A program made the position numbers and the translations under genes. The notes under the pieces were generated by a model that had not been told where the DNA came from, ran no database searches, and saw only the letters and a list, made by a program, of their open reading frames with translations. From Candidatus Cloacimonadota bacterium (GTDB lineage Bacteria > Cloacimonadota > Cloacimonadia > Cloacimonadales > Cloacimonadaceae), in NCBI GenBank assembly GCA_012728875.1, contig JAAYEF010000027.1:16546-80545 (forward strand): a stretch of DNA of 64,000 bases, in the 5' to 3' direction. Below are positions 1 through 10,147 of the stretch, piece by piece. Positions within the stretch are counted from its first letter, which is position 1. Each line of letters begins with the position of its first letter.

Positions 1-494
1 GTGTTGGTTTGGCGGCGGATGATCTGGACAAAAGCTTCCGTCTGCCTTCCGGCTTTGAACGCAACGGCGATGGCATTCCCGCCATTCATCCCACTTTTGG
101 AAGGCTTTCCAGCCCCTGGGGCTACCGCATGCACCCTGTGATCGGCGAAGTTCGTTTACATCAGGGGATTGATATTTGCAACAAGACCGGAACCCCGGTT
201 TATGCCACAGCAGACGGCGTGGTGAGCAAAGCTCAAACCGACGACGGTTGGGGAAAGGTGATAAATATCGACCATACTGACAATTACATGACGCTTTACG
301 CCCACTTGAGCAGCATCAAAGTCAAGGTTGGCGATGTGGTCAGCAAAGGTCAGATCATTGGATTGATGGGGAATACTGGCATGTCCACCGGTCCGCACTT
401 GCACTATGGAGTATATCGGAACGGCAATTCGGTTGACCCTGTTCCGTTCATGAACCGCAGAGATACGAGCCTCTACGCCAGCACTGGCAAATGA
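1..494 (+). CDS. M23/LytM-family metallopeptidase, C-terminal part (5' end lies outside the window)
   Basis: The frame is open from the window edge. HQGIDI and GNTGMSTGPHLHYGV match the HxxxD and HxH zinc-ligand motifs of peptidase family M23. Confidence 0.85.
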   Translation, partial: VGLAADDLDKSFRLPSGFERNGDGIPAIHPTFGRLSSPWGYRMHPVIGEVRLHQGIDICNKTGTPVYATADGVVSKAQTDDGWGKVINIDHTDNYMTLYAHLSSIKVKVGDVVSKGQIIGLMGNTGMSTGPHLHYGVYRNGNSVDPVPFMNRRDTSLYASTGK

Positions 495-1138
495 AGCCGC
501 GCAAAGCCTGGATCTTCACAGCCACCAGTCCGCAACAGATTTTTGGCGGATATGAGGAAATAGATCCGGGTTCCGACCTGATCGTGGCTGTGGATGCGGG
601 TTTGGAACGGGTACAGGCGTTGGGTTTGACCCCGTCCATCATCATTGGAGACATGGATTCCGTGGAGCCTGAACTGCTGGAGCAGTTTCCCCAAAGCTTG
701 AGAAAGCCCTACCCCACCCGAAAAAACGAAACTGACACGGAATTGGCGCTGCTTTGGAGCATCGAGGCAGGCGCACAGGAATTCATCATCATCAACGGCT
801 TGGAAGGGCGCTTTGATCACGGGCTTGCCCTGATTCACAATCTCGATTTTCTGCACCAAAAAGGATTGCAAGCCAGGGTGGAATCTGCCTCCCAAAAGCT
901 GTGGTTTCTGTCTGGAAACACGGTGATTACAGGCTCCGCAGGTCATCTGCTGTCCCTATTGCCCTGGGGTGAAGCCGTTAACTTTCAGGGCTCCAATGGC
1001 TTGGCATATCCGCTAAAGGGAATCTGCCTGAAACCGGGCAATGTGCGTGGACTGAGCAATCTGCTTGAAAAAGATGAGGCTTCCATCACTCTTGACAGCG
1101 GCAGGATTCTGGCTATATTGACTAAAAAAGTCCCTTGA
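491..1138 (+). CDS. Thiamine pyrophosphokinase
   Basis: 215 aa. IIGDMDS, KNETDTELAL and GRFDHGLA follow the GDxDS / KDxTD / RxDH pattern of TPK. ATGA overlap with the upstream gene. Confidence 0.8.
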   Translation: MKPRKAWIFTATSPQQIFGGYEEIDPGSDLIVAVDAGLERVQALGLTPSIIIGDMDSVEPELLEQFPQSLRKPYPTRKNETDTELALLWSIEAGAQEFIIINGLEGRFDHGLALIHNLDFLHQKGLQARVESASQKLWFLSGNTVITGSAGHLLSLLPWGEAVNFQGSNGLAYPLKGICLKPGNVRGLSNLLEKDEASITLDSGRILAILTKKVP

Positions 1139-1180
1139 CAAAAGTATTGGCTTTTTTTATGGTCGATACCATAGGGAGAA

Positions 1181-1426
1181 ATGCGCATGAAAGATACTAA
1201 AGATCCGGGCAAAATCAATTTTGAGAAAGCCCTTGGTTCGCTGGAGCTCATTGTCGAGCGTCTTCAGCAGGAAAACCTCGATCTGGATGAAATGATCCGC
1301 CTTTACGAGGAGGGGATCATCCATTTGGCAAACTGCCAGCATGTGTTGGAAAATGCAGAATTGAAGATCCAGCAGCTGAATAGCAAACTGAAAACCGAAT
1401 TGGAAAAGGATGGCGAAGATGGATAA
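1181..1426 (+). CDS. xseB: Exodeoxyribonuclease VII small subunit
   Basis: 81 aa. FEKALGSLELIVERLQQENLDLDEMIRLYEEG is the typical XseB helical-hairpin N-terminus. GGGAG RBS upstream, and classic xseB-ispA adjacency. Confidence 0.85.
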   Translation: MRMKDTKDPGKINFEKALGSLELIVERLQQENLDLDEMIRLYEEGIIHLANCQHVLENAELKIQQLNSKLKTELEKDGEDG

Positions 1427-2309
1427 AAAAGTGATGCTGAAAAAGGACATGAAAGAGAAGCAGGAACTGGTAAACATCATCTTGGACCGCTATCTTCCCC
1501 GCAAGGACGAATATCCCAAAACCATTCATAAAGCCCTGCGTTACAGTGTGTTCGCCGGGGGAAAAAGGCTGCGCCCCTATCTGGTGCTCAGCAGTTATCA
1601 GATTTATGATGAAGAGGTGGAAAAGATCGCACCCGTGGCGGCGGCCATCGAAATGCTGCACACCTATACCCTCATCCACGATGATATGCCGGATCTGGAC
1701 AACGATGAATATCGCCGCGGCAAAAAATCCACCCACGCCATTTTTGGAGAAGGACAAGCTTTGCTCTCTGGAGACGCTTTGCTGGTGGGAGCCTTTGAAC
1801 TGATCACCTACGCCGAAATCCAGCCCAGGCTGAGAGTGCAGATGGTGCGTGAAATGGCCCGCGATTGCGGCATAAGCGGTCTCATCGGCGGCCAGATGAT
1901 GGATCTGGAAAGCGAAGGAAAGAAGGTGGACAAAAAGACCATCGACTACATCCACGAAAACAAGACCGCCAAGCTGATCCGCATGGCGCTGCGGTTTGGA
2001 GCCTTGGCAGGCGGCGCTCCCGAAGCGGAACAAAAGGCCTTGGAAGAATACGGCGGCAAGATCGGCCTGGCTTTCCAGATCATCGACGACCTTTTGGACA
2101 TAGAGGGCGATCCCGATGAAATGGGAAAAACCGTTGGCAAGGATGCGCACTTCAAAAAAGCCACCTATCCTTCGGTTTACGGCATGTCCGAATCCCGCAA
2201 AACATCTCAGGAATTGATCTCCCAAGCCCGTGATGCCATTGCTCCCCTGGGAGAAAAGGCTGCGGTTTTGGACAGCCTGGCAGAATATATGCTGAACCGC
2301 AAATCATGA
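1410..2309 (+). CDS. ispA: (E)-polyprenyl (farnesyl/geranylgeranyl) diphosphate synthase
   Basis: First and second Asp-rich motifs are present (LIHDDMPDLDNDEYRRGK and FQIIDDLLD). 299 aa. The start is uncertain among ATGs at 1410/1419. Confidence 0.9.
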   Translation: MAKMDKKVMLKKDMKEKQELVNIILDRYLPRKDEYPKTIHKALRYSVFAGGKRLRPYLVLSSYQIYDEEVEKIAPVAAAIEMLHTYTLIHDDMPDLDNDEYRRGKKSTHAIFGEGQALLSGDALLVGAFELITYAEIQPRLRVQMVREMARDCGISGLIGGQMMDLESEGKKVDKKTIDYIHENKTAKLIRMALRFGALAGGAPEAEQKALEEYGGKIGLAFQIIDDLLDIEGDPDEMGKTVGKDAHFKKATYPSVYGMSESRKTSQELISQARDAIAPLGEKAAVLDSLAEYMLNRKS

Positions 2310-2740
2310 GGGTACGTTTCAAGCTTTTGAGCCCCAATGCGGTTCCACCACAGCGGATGACTCCGCACAGCGCTGGCTGGGACCTCAGTGCCGCTCTTTC
2401 TGAAGACATGATTTTAAGCCCCGGTGGCCGAGCCGCGGTTCCAACCGGCCTGGCGCTGGAAATCCCCGTGGGCTATGAAGGTCAGGTTCGACCCCGCAGC
2501 GGTCTGGCGCTCAAGCATGGCCTGGGGGTTTTGAACAGCCCCGGCACCATCGATGCGGACTACCGCGGTGAAGTAAAGGTAATCCTGATAAACAGTTCCG
2601 CAGAGGAGATGGTGATCCGCCGGGGCATGAGAATCGCACAATTGGTGATCTGCCCCGTGGCCCAGGCGGAATTTGAACAATGTGATGAATTGGCATCAAG
2701 CCAAAGGTCCGACGGCGGTTTTGGACACACCGGAATTTAG
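2306..2740 (+). CDS. dut: dUTP diphosphatase
   Basis: 144 aa. AGWDL, RSGLALKHG, GTIDADYRGE and the C-terminal GGFGHTG dUTPase motifs are present. ATGA overlap with ispA. Confidence 0.9.
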   Translation: MRVRFKLLSPNAVPPQRMTPHSAGWDLSAALSEDMILSPGGRAAVPTGLALEIPVGYEGQVRPRSGLALKHGLGVLNSPGTIDADYRGEVKVILINSSAEEMVIRRGMRIAQLVICPVAQAEFEQCDELASSQRSDGGFGHTGI

Positions 2741-2760
2741 CAAAAACAGGAAGTTATAAC

Positions 2761-3663
2761 GTGAATATCGTTGACAAGATAAACAAACTGCGCCGGGAAA
2801 AAGGCGCTCTCATTTTGGCGCACAACTATCAGATGCCCGCAATTCAGGATATTGCAGATTTTCGTGGCGATTCTTTGCAACTTTCCATCCGCGCAAAAGA
2901 GGCGGAAAGTGACCTCATCGTTTTTTGCGGGGTGCGCTTCATGGCGGAAACCGCTGCCATCCTGAATCCCAAGGCCAAGGTGCTGCTTCCGGTGAAGGAT
3001 GCCGGCTGCCCCATGGCAGACATGATCACGGATGAACAGCTCAGGCAGTTCAAAGCTCAGCATCCCGGCGCGAAAGTGGTTTGCTATGTGAATTCCACCG
3101 CTGCGGTGAAGGCGGAAAGCGACGTTTGCTGCACCTCCTCAAACGCGGTGAAAATCATCTCCTCCTTCCCCCAGGATGAGACCATCCTCTTTGTTCCGGA
3201 TCAAAACCTGGGAAGCTGGGCGGCACGCAAAGCCGGCCGCGATGTGATCGTCTGGCCGGGCTACTGCCCTGTTCACCAATGGGGCTTCTCTGTTGCAAAC
3301 TTGGAAAAACTGCGCAAAAAGCATCCTGATTACAAGCTTATTGCCCATCCTGAGTGCGATGAAGACATTGTGGAACAAGCCGATGAAGTTTTGTCCACAG
3401 GCCAGATGGAACGCTACGTTGGCGAAAACGACAAGCTGATCATTGCCACCGATGCCGCTTTCACAGATTATATGAAGCACCTGCACCCTGAAAAGGAGCT
3501 CGTGCATCTCAGCGCCCGCGCCCGCTGTGCGAATATGCGTAAAACCACGATGAACGACCTTTTGCACGCTCTGGAAACTGAAGAGCACCAGGTTGTGGTG
3601 GATCCCGAAACAGCCGCCCGGGCAAAGCATTCGCTGGATAGAATGTTGGAGCTGTCAGTCTGA
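2761..3663 (+). CDS. nadA: Quinolinate synthase
   Basis: 300 aa. ILAHNYQ, VCYVNSTA and IAHPEC motifs of NadA. GTG start with AGGAAG upstream. Confidence 0.9.
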   Translation: MNIVDKINKLRREKGALILAHNYQMPAIQDIADFRGDSLQLSIRAKEAESDLIVFCGVRFMAETAAILNPKAKVLLPVKDAGCPMADMITDEQLRQFKAQHPGAKVVCYVNSTAAVKAESDVCCTSSNAVKIISSFPQDETILFVPDQNLGSWAARKAGRDVIVWPGYCPVHQWGFSVANLEKLRKKHPDYKLIAHPECDEDIVEQADEVLSTGQMERYVGENDKLIIATDAAFTDYMKHLHPEKELVHLSARARCANMRKTTMNDLLHALETEEHQVVVDPETAARAKHSLDRMLELSV

Positions 3664-3677
3664 GTTCACGTGCGTGG

Positions 3678-4283
3678 GTGGATCTGAATTTGGGCGGGCC
3701 CTGCATCCGGCAGGCTCCGGATTCGCAACCGGTTTCCCATGCATCCCACGCACTCCAAAAGGCTGCACTGGAACTGTTTGAACCCTCGACCCGCAAGCGC
3801 GTTTTGGATCTGGGCAGCGGCTGCGGCATCGTGGCCATCATGCTTGCCCTGCAAAGGCCGAATTGGCTGGTCGAAGGGCTCGAAATCCAGCCTGATCAGG
3901 TTTCCCTTGCCCACAAAAATGCCGAACACTGCGGCCTTGACATCACTTTTCACCATGGCGACCTGCGTTCGTATCAAAGCTCCCAACCCTATGACATCAT
4001 CGTTTCAAACCCGCCCTGGCTGACTCCCGGCAGCGGCAAAGCCAGCCCCAGCCAAGCGCGCAACCTCAGCCGCTTCGAGCTTTTGGGCGGCATGGAAGAC
4101 GTGCTTTCCTGCGTGAAACGCAATCTTGCACCAGATGGAGATGCTCTCCTGCTATATCCGCAAGTCCGTGTACCGCAATTAGTTGATCTTGCCAAAAACA
4201 CAATGCTTGACATAATTTCACCCTTGGCGGCTCCTGACCTGTCAAAGCATATTATTTGCCACATCCGGCATAAAGGACAGTAA
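3678..4283 (+). CDS. Class I SAM-dependent methyltransferase with NPPW motif (TrmN6/YfiC- or PrmC-like)
   Basis: VLDLGSGCGIVAI (SAM motif I) and IVSNPPW (motif IV of N6-adenine/N5-glutamine methyltransferases). The substrate cannot be determined from sequence, and the start is uncertain. Confidence 0.6.
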   Translation: MDLNLGGPCIRQAPDSQPVSHASHALQKAALELFEPSTRKRVLDLGSGCGIVAIMLALQRPNWLVEGLEIQPDQVSLAHKNAEHCGLDITFHHGDLRSYQSSQPYDIIVSNPPWLTPGSGKASPSQARNLSRFELLGGMEDVLSCVKRNLAPDGDALLLYPQVRVPQLVDLAKNTMLDIISPLAAPDLSKHIICHIRHKGQ

Positions 4284-4285
4284 AG

Positions 4286-5119
4286 ATGAACTTCAGATAC
4301 CTTATGGTTCTGCTGCTTGCCACTCTCACTCTGCTGGGCTGGACCTACGTTCATCACCAGTATCTGACCAGCAGGCAGTTTCGCTTGGACCAGATTCCCA
4401 AGATGCCCATCTATGCATTCATGTACGATTCCACCCTGATGGACAGCCTCTATCACGGCCTCACCAGGCAGATTCCGGAAATTGATTCTTTGACCCGTGA
4501 AACCGGGCACCAGGCTTTGGCACAGGACTTTCCGGAAGACTATAAAACCGGCGGCTTGGACGAATTCAAGCTCCAGATTCTCTCCGTCTATTTCAAGCCC
4601 ATCGATGCATCCTTCAAAGGCAGGGAAAATGCCTTGGAATATCTGAAGAACAGCGGCTTGGATGCCAACGACATCGAGGCTCAGGAACTGGCATGGGGTT
4701 TGGAAAGCAGGGAACTGGATTTCCTCAGCGCGCGCTGGAGCAATTCCACGCTTTTCATTGCCGTGCTGGTGTTTCTGATGATTGTTTTCGCGCGGCTCTA
4801 CATCTTTTTGGCGGAAGCTATGGCTTTGCGCGGCATGAAATCCACGGTTTTGGAAGATATTCGCGACAAAGAAAGCGCCAAATGGCAAAATGCGCTGCTG
4901 ATCATTCTGCCCATTTTGCTGAACTACGGCATCTACCACCTTTTGGGCGCTTTGGACGTACTTCTGCCACAAATCCATTTCAGCTTTTTCCTGGTGCAGT
5001 TTGCCTCCGTCTTAACCGCTGTGGTGGCTGCAATTTTGATCAACAACATGCGTGAACCCGACCCCAGACCGGGAGCCCATGGCATCACGGTAACCCGACC
5101 CAATTCATCCGATGCGTAA
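4286..5119 (+). CDS. Hypothetical integral membrane protein (1 + 3 TM, FtsX-like topology; weak)
   Basis: N-terminal TM, then a ~130-aa extracytoplasmic segment, then three C-terminal hydrophobic helices. Codon usage matches the neighbouring genes. No diagnostic motif recognised. Confidence 0.45.
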   Translation: MNFRYLMVLLLATLTLLGWTYVHHQYLTSRQFRLDQIPKMPIYAFMYDSTLMDSLYHGLTRQIPEIDSLTRETGHQALAQDFPEDYKTGGLDEFKLQILSVYFKPIDASFKGRENALEYLKNSGLDANDIEAQELAWGLESRELDFLSARWSNSTLFIAVLVFLMIVFARLYIFLAEAMALRGMKSTVLEDIRDKESAKWQNALLIILPILLNYGIYHLLGALDVLLPQIHFSFFLVQFASVLTAVVAAILINNMREPDPRPGAHGITVTRPNSSDA

Positions 5120-5678
5120 TTTGCCGAATTTGCTCACCCTGTTGAGGATACTCCTGGTTCCGGTTTTTGTGTGGCTGGTCTTTTTTTGCAGTGCGCCAAA
5201 CAGCATCGCCTGGGCGCTCTTGGTTTTTTCCGTGGCTTCGTTTACGGATTTTCTGGATGGCTACCTTGCCCGCAAGTGGCAGGTGATCAGCAACTTCGGC
5301 AAGATCATGGACCCCCTGGCAGACAAGCTGTTGGTGCTTTCGGCGCTCACAGCCCTCACTTTGCTGCAGCCGTTCAAGCTTTATCCGCTGATTTTGATCC
5401 TGATCGCCCTGCGCGAAGTTTTGGTCAGCCTTTTGCGGGAAGTGTATGTTAAAAAAGGAATTGTGATTCCCGCAGACAAGCTGGGCAAGCTGAAGACTGT
5501 GCTGCAAATGTTTGGCATCATCGCGGCATTGGTGCTTTGGGCTTGGTTTGAAGATCTGGCGGCATCAGCTCCGGTTCGCACCATAGCGCATATCTGGTTT
5601 GGTGCGGTGGCCTTGCTAACTGCTTATAGCGGATTAAACTATCTGGTGAAAGCTCAAATGGCGGGAAAGAAGGAATAA
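5112..5678 (+). CDS. pgsA: CDP-diacylglycerol--glycerol-3-phosphate 3-phosphatidyltransferase
   Basis: CDP-alcohol phosphatidyltransferase motif DFLDGYLARKW...G...DPLADK. 188 aa, multi-TM. Confidence 0.85.
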   Translation: MRNLPNLLTLLRILLVPVFVWLVFFCSAPNSIAWALLVFSVASFTDFLDGYLARKWQVISNFGKIMDPLADKLLVLSALTALTLLQPFKLYPLILILIALREVLVSLLREVYVKKGIVIPADKLGKLKTVLQMFGIIAALVLWAWFEDLAASAPVRTIAHIWFGAVALLTAYSGLNYLVKAQMAGKKE

Positions 5679-6749
5679 ATGATGAGAAATAGTCTTATAT
5701 TGCTGGGACTTATGCTGCTGCTTTTGGCAGGATGCAAGGAAGCCGGAAGAACGCAGGAATACTATGAACGCTACGAAAGCCTGATGGAAGCGGGCAAACC
5801 CGTTGCCTATGGCGAAGACGACGATGTGTATATTTTCGCCGAAGGTGCAGTGCTCAAAGCTGTGCAGGACACCCTGGAGGCAAGTGTCGGGCGAACTTTG
5901 AACCTGGTGATCGAAGAGCGTTATTTTCAGCCCATTTTTGCCACCGCCTCCGATCTGGACGAATTCAGACCATATAAAAACCTCATCTATTGCGGCATCC
6001 TGGACGGCACCGACAGCATTTCCCGCCATATCAACAAAACCCTGGATCCCAAGCTCATCGAGGCGGTGGGTGAAAGCGGCGCCGAACTGTTTGTGGTCAA
6101 CAACCTTTATGTGAAAGACCAGCTTGTGCTCTACCTTTTGGCAAGAGACATCGAAAGCTTGCAAAACCTGGCTTCCCAGCGGCAGGATCAGATTTTCGAC
6201 TTCCTTTTGGAACGCTATCAAAAGCGCCTGGCGTATGCTGCCTACAAAAATGCCGTGATCGAAAGCAAGTTCTTTGAAGACAGGCCTTTCAGCATCAAGG
6301 TGCCCGTGATCTACCGCCTTTGGAAAGATGAAAAGAAGGGGCGCTTTCTCTCCTTTATTTTCCAACCCACCAAACCCACGCGCCACAAGGGGGACAAATA
6401 TATTTCCGTATATTATGAGCCCATGCCCCGAAATCGCGTGAACGAAGGATGGATCTATAAAACCAGACAGGAACTGGGCAACAAATTCATCGGCGGCGAT
6501 CAGATTTATGAGGATAACTACAGCACCGAAAAGGTGAAGATCGCCGGTTATGACGGGTTTCGCATGCGCGGACACTGGATAAACGAATCCGAAGGCGGCT
6601 TCGGCGGCGCCTTCCAAAGCTGGGCGTTCTGGCATGCTCCCACCAAAACTGCCTATCTGATCGATAACATTGCCTATTTCCCCGATGGCAAAAAGATTCC
6701 CATCCTGCTTGAACTTGGCATGCTTTCCCAATCCATCGAGATAAAATGA
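5679..6749 (+). CDS. Hypothetical lipoprotein (resembles the DUF4837 family as I remember it; not verified)
   Basis: Lipobox LLLLAGC at the N-terminus. 356 aa, no catalytic motif. Confidence 0.55.
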   Translation: MMRNSLILLGLMLLLLAGCKEAGRTQEYYERYESLMEAGKPVAYGEDDDVYIFAEGAVLKAVQDTLEASVGRTLNLVIEERYFQPIFATASDLDEFRPYKNLIYCGILDGTDSISRHINKTLDPKLIEAVGESGAELFVVNNLYVKDQLVLYLLARDIESLQNLASQRQDQIFDFLLERYQKRLAYAAYKNAVIESKFFEDRPFSIKVPVIYRLWKDEKKGRFLSFIFQPTKPTRHKGDKYISVYYEPMPRNRVNEGWIYKTRQELGNKFIGGDQIYEDNYSTEKVKIAGYDGFRMRGHWINESEGGFGGAFQSWAFWHAPTKTAYLIDNIAYFPDGKKIPILLELGMLSQSIEIK

Positions 6750-8470
6750 AAAAATTAACTCGGAAGGCTCTGCCTCTTTGTTTGGTATGTCTGCTGCTAA
6801 GCGCTTGCGCCACAGGCAAAAGCCAGCTTGTTGTCCCGGCGGACAACCCCACAGCCCGCTCGGTCTATTTCTATATGGTGGGCTCATATTTCCAAAACCT
6901 TGGCATCAGCAACGATGCAGACATATTCTATAACCTCAGTTCCCAGGAAGATATCAACAGCCAGGCCATCAAACGCCAAATTTTGGTGAACAGCTTCGAT
7001 CTTTTCCATGGCGGCGCCCTCTCCTCCGACGACTTGGAAAAGCTGATTGCAGACTACAAAAACCAATATGAAGCGGATGAAAAACTGCTGTATATGATCC
7101 TCCAATATCAGGAATTCATCCGGGACATAGAGAACGCAAAACAAACCATTGCCGAACTGCGCTCCCGTTTTCCCAGTTCCCGAGCCGATCTCAGCCTTTT
7201 TATCCACAAGCTTGGCAGCAGCGTCGAGACGGATTTTTCCCTCTTGAATTCAGCCGCCAAAAAGGCGAAAAACGATGTGGATCAACTGCTCTTGATTGCC
7301 GAGATCTGGGGTTTTTACGATTCTGCCAAGGAAAAAAAGCTGCTGCTGCAGGCTCATGAACTGAGCCCAACCCCGCAGAGCTATTTCCGTCTGGCGGATT
7401 ATGCCATCCGTTACGGTGATTTACCGCTTGCCCGCAGATATTTTTCCGAGCTGAACTATCCCGAAGACAAGGAACTAATGCTCCATTTGGCGGCGTCGGA
7501 TTATGTGATGGAGCGCGGCCCCGTCCTGTTGGATTTGGCGGACGGCATTTTGGCAACCCGTGATCCGGACTTGCTTAATCCTCTTGCCTTTGCGGCGCTG
7601 CTGGAAAAAAGAGCGGACATCCTGCATCGCATTGGCGAAGCGGCTCAAACCATGATTGCCAGCGAAGACGAACTCCAGCCCATCTGGTCCATGCTCGTGG
7701 CGGGGTCCATCCTGAACGGTGAAGAGCAGCCGCTGGATGAAATGCTTGCAAAGCTCAGCGAGAGTGGCTCTTACCATGCGCTTATGACCTATTATGCCTA
7801 CGGGGTCGATCCCGGCGTTTCAGACGATCTGGCTCTGCAGGATCCGCAGGGCTGGCAGTTTTTCAGCGAGCAAGTGCGCCTGCGCACACAAGATACGCCC
7901 GCATCCAGATATCTGCAAACCCTGGCGATGGCTCTGCAGGATGGGGGAGAAACCGATTTCAGCGAAGCCAGGCGGGAACTGATTTTGTGGCTGCGCGAAA
8001 GTCGCATCCCCAGCGAAGAGGACTACTTGTTTCTGCTGGCGATGAACCAGATCCATTCAAGTCCCCAGGAATATGAAGCCGCCCTGCGGGAAGCTCTGAT
8101 CTTCTATCCCGACAACCCGAGTCTGTGCAACGACCTGGGCTATCGCATGCTCATCCACGGCGAAGATCCGGAAGAAGCGGCGCGGCTGATCCGTCACGCT
8201 CTGGTTTTCGAGCCGGAAAACATCTTTTATCTGGACAGCCTTGCCTGGTATCATTTTTTGCAGAACGATCTCCAAAAAGCCTTGGAATTGATGGAGTTGC
8301 CCATGCTTGAAAGCGAGCTTCCCTCGGAAATCCTGTGGCATATCGGAGAAATCCATCTGGCGTTGGGCTTGCACGCTGAAGCCCGTAAGTGGCTGGAAAA
8401 AAGCATCTTGCAGAACGATGACCCAGACGTCGTGGAGCATGCCCGCGCCTCCCTGCTTGACCTGCACTGA
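6746..8470 (+). CDS. TPR-repeat lipoprotein
   Basis: Signal peptide plus lipobox (LLLSAC). The C-terminal half has TPR-like helical repeats (for example FYLDSLAWYHFLQNDLQKALELME, EILWHIGEIHLALGLHAEARKWLEKS). ATGA overlap with the upstream lipoprotein gene. Confidence 0.65.
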   Translation: MKKLTRKALPLCLVCLLLSACATGKSQLVVPADNPTARSVYFYMVGSYFQNLGISNDADIFYNLSSQEDINSQAIKRQILVNSFDLFHGGALSSDDLEKLIADYKNQYEADEKLLYMILQYQEFIRDIENAKQTIAELRSRFPSSRADLSLFIHKLGSSVETDFSLLNSAAKKAKNDVDQLLLIAEIWGFYDSAKEKKLLLQAHELSPTPQSYFRLADYAIRYGDLPLARRYFSELNYPEDKELMLHLAASDYVMERGPVLLDLADGILATRDPDLLNPLAFAALLEKRADILHRIGEAAQTMIASEDELQPIWSMLVAGSILNGEEQPLDEMLAKLSESGSYHALMTYYAYGVDPGVSDDLALQDPQGWQFFSEQVRLRTQDTPASRYLQTLAMALQDGGETDFSEARRELILWLRESRIPSEEDYLFLLAMNQIHSSPQEYEAALREALIFYPDNPSLCNDLGYRMLIHGEDPEEAARLIRHALVFEPENIFYLDSLAWYHFLQNDLQKALELMELPMLESELPSEILWHIGEIHLALGLHAEARKWLEKSILQNDDPDVVEHARASLLDLH

Positions 8471-8876
8471 TCTCTCTCCCGTTTCCTTCCCCTAAGTTAC
8501 CCGCTCAAAGGCGGGTGCTTGACGAGTATCTGCGCAAAAGGAATGAAGCTCGAGCCAAGGGTCAGGCATAGTTAAAGCCTTGAAAACATACGCAGAAGAT
8601 GGCATCCCAGCTTGCGGTTCCCGTAGTTAAGAAGCTCATCTATTATGCTCCTTTTTAGGGTTGGCAATAGCCTACAGGGTTGAAGTAGCTGCAAGGGTCA
8701 AGCTGGAAATTTTGCAATGGCAATAAGCAGGATTTAAGTGAAACTATCGGCATCGAAATCGTCAAAATAACAGCCCGATCAGAATTTAGCTTGACAGATT
8801 TAAGCCCGCGGACGGCTTTTGTTCACTAAGGTAAAAACAGAGTTAAAATCCACTGTGGAAATGGATTAAGCTCTGT

Positions 8877-10136
8877 ATGAGGAACCACATGAAAAAATAC
8901 ATGCTACTGCTCTTGATCGTAATTTGCGGGCTTTTACAGGCCGAGATCCTCATCCCGATGGATCACACGCAAAGCGATCATCTCAAAGCTTATGGCGTCG
9001 CTTTCGAAGCGCTGAAGGAGCAGTATGTGGTGAAATGGCTGTTGAACTATCGCGGTGGCAGCTTTTTGATGCCTGATTCCGATGGTTTGGCAGCGCTTTG
9101 CAATATCCGCGGAGTCCGTTTTGAATGGATTTCCGGGGGAAATGTTGCCTCCATCATGGCAGAAATCCAGGAAGCGAACATGGAGGCGGTGGTTTTGGAA
9201 AAGGATCCCAAAATCGCGGTTTACATTCCGCCGAATGCGCTGCCTTGGGACGATGCGGTCACCCTTGCCATGGAATATGCGGAAATCGATTATGACCGCT
9301 TTTGGGACGAAGAGGTTTTGGCAGGAAAATTGGCTGACTATGACTGGCTGCACCTGCATCACGAGGATTTCACCGGCCAATATGGCAAGTTTTACGGCTC
9401 CTACCGTCACACCCCCTGGTATCAAAATGATGTGCGCGTGAACGAAGCCATGGCTGCAAGGCACGGCTACACAAAGGTTTGGCAGCTCAAACAGGCGGTG
9501 GCGATGAAGATCCGCGAGTTTGTGGAAAAAGGCGGCTTCATGTTTGCAATGTGCGCTGCCACAGACACTTTCGACATTGCCATGGCTGCCTATGGAATCG
9601 ATGTGGTGGATGCGCTGATCGACGGCGATGGACTTGACCCAAACTATAAGAGCAAACTGAACTACAGCCGCTGTTTTGCCTTTGAAGATTTTGAATTGAT
9701 CACAAACCCCTTCGTCTATGAATTTTCCGACATCGATGCCAGCGACTATTCCCGCCTGCGCGGAGCCGAGGCAGACTTTTTCCAGCTCTTTGATTTTTCG
9801 GCAAAATATGATCCCGTGCCCACCATGCTCACGCAGTGTCACACCAATGTGGTGGACGGATTTTTGGGTCAAACCACTTCCTTTTTCAAGGATAAGGTGA
9901 AAAAAAGCGTGATAATTTTGGGCGAAGTTCCCGGGCAAAATGAGGTGAAATACATCCATGGAAACATCGGAAAGGGGACCTTCACCTTCTATGGCGGGCA
10001 CGATCCCGAAGACTATCAGCACAAGGTTGGAGACCCCGAAACCATCTTGGATTTGCACAAAAACTCGCCCGGCTACAGGCTGATTTTGAACAACATCCTC
10101 TTTCCCGCAGCGGAAAAGAAAGAGCTTAAAACTTGA
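8877..10136 (+). CDS. Secreted conserved protein of unknown function
   Basis: Cleavable-looking signal peptide (MKKYMLLLLIVICGLLQA). 419 aa, no TM and no recognised catalytic motif. The start could instead be 8889. Confidence 0.6.
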   Translation: MRNHMKKYMLLLLIVICGLLQAEILIPMDHTQSDHLKAYGVAFEALKEQYVVKWLLNYRGGSFLMPDSDGLAALCNIRGVRFEWISGGNVASIMAEIQEANMEAVVLEKDPKIAVYIPPNALPWDDAVTLAMEYAEIDYDRFWDEEVLAGKLADYDWLHLHHEDFTGQYGKFYGSYRHTPWYQNDVRVNEAMAARHGYTKVWQLKQAVAMKIREFVEKGGFMFAMCAATDTFDIAMAAYGIDVVDALIDGDGLDPNYKSKLNYSRCFAFEDFELITNPFVYEFSDIDASDYSRLRGAEADFFQLFDFSAKYDPVPTMLTQCHTNVVDGFLGQTTSFFKDKVKKSVIILGEVPGQNEVKYIHGNIGKGTFTFYGGHDPEDYQHKVGDPETILDLHKNSPGYRLILNNILFPAAEKKELKT

Positions 10137-10147
10137 GGGGGAGTCAG

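Noticed and set aside
7200-7208. Perfect DnaA-box sequence TTATCCACA.
   Set aside because: It is a single copy inside the coding sequence of the TPR lipoprotein gene. There is no cluster, no AT-rich unwinding element and no dnaA/dnaN nearby, so it is most likely chance.
8497-8518. Shared 11-mer CACCCGCCTTT in two GC-rich hairpins (8497-8518 on the minus strand and 39494-39516 on the plus strand), considered as a possible REP-like repeat family.
   Set aside because: Two copies of an 11-mer in 128 kb of two-strand sequence are expected many times by chance, and the stems and loops otherwise differ. This needs genome-wide counting before any claim.
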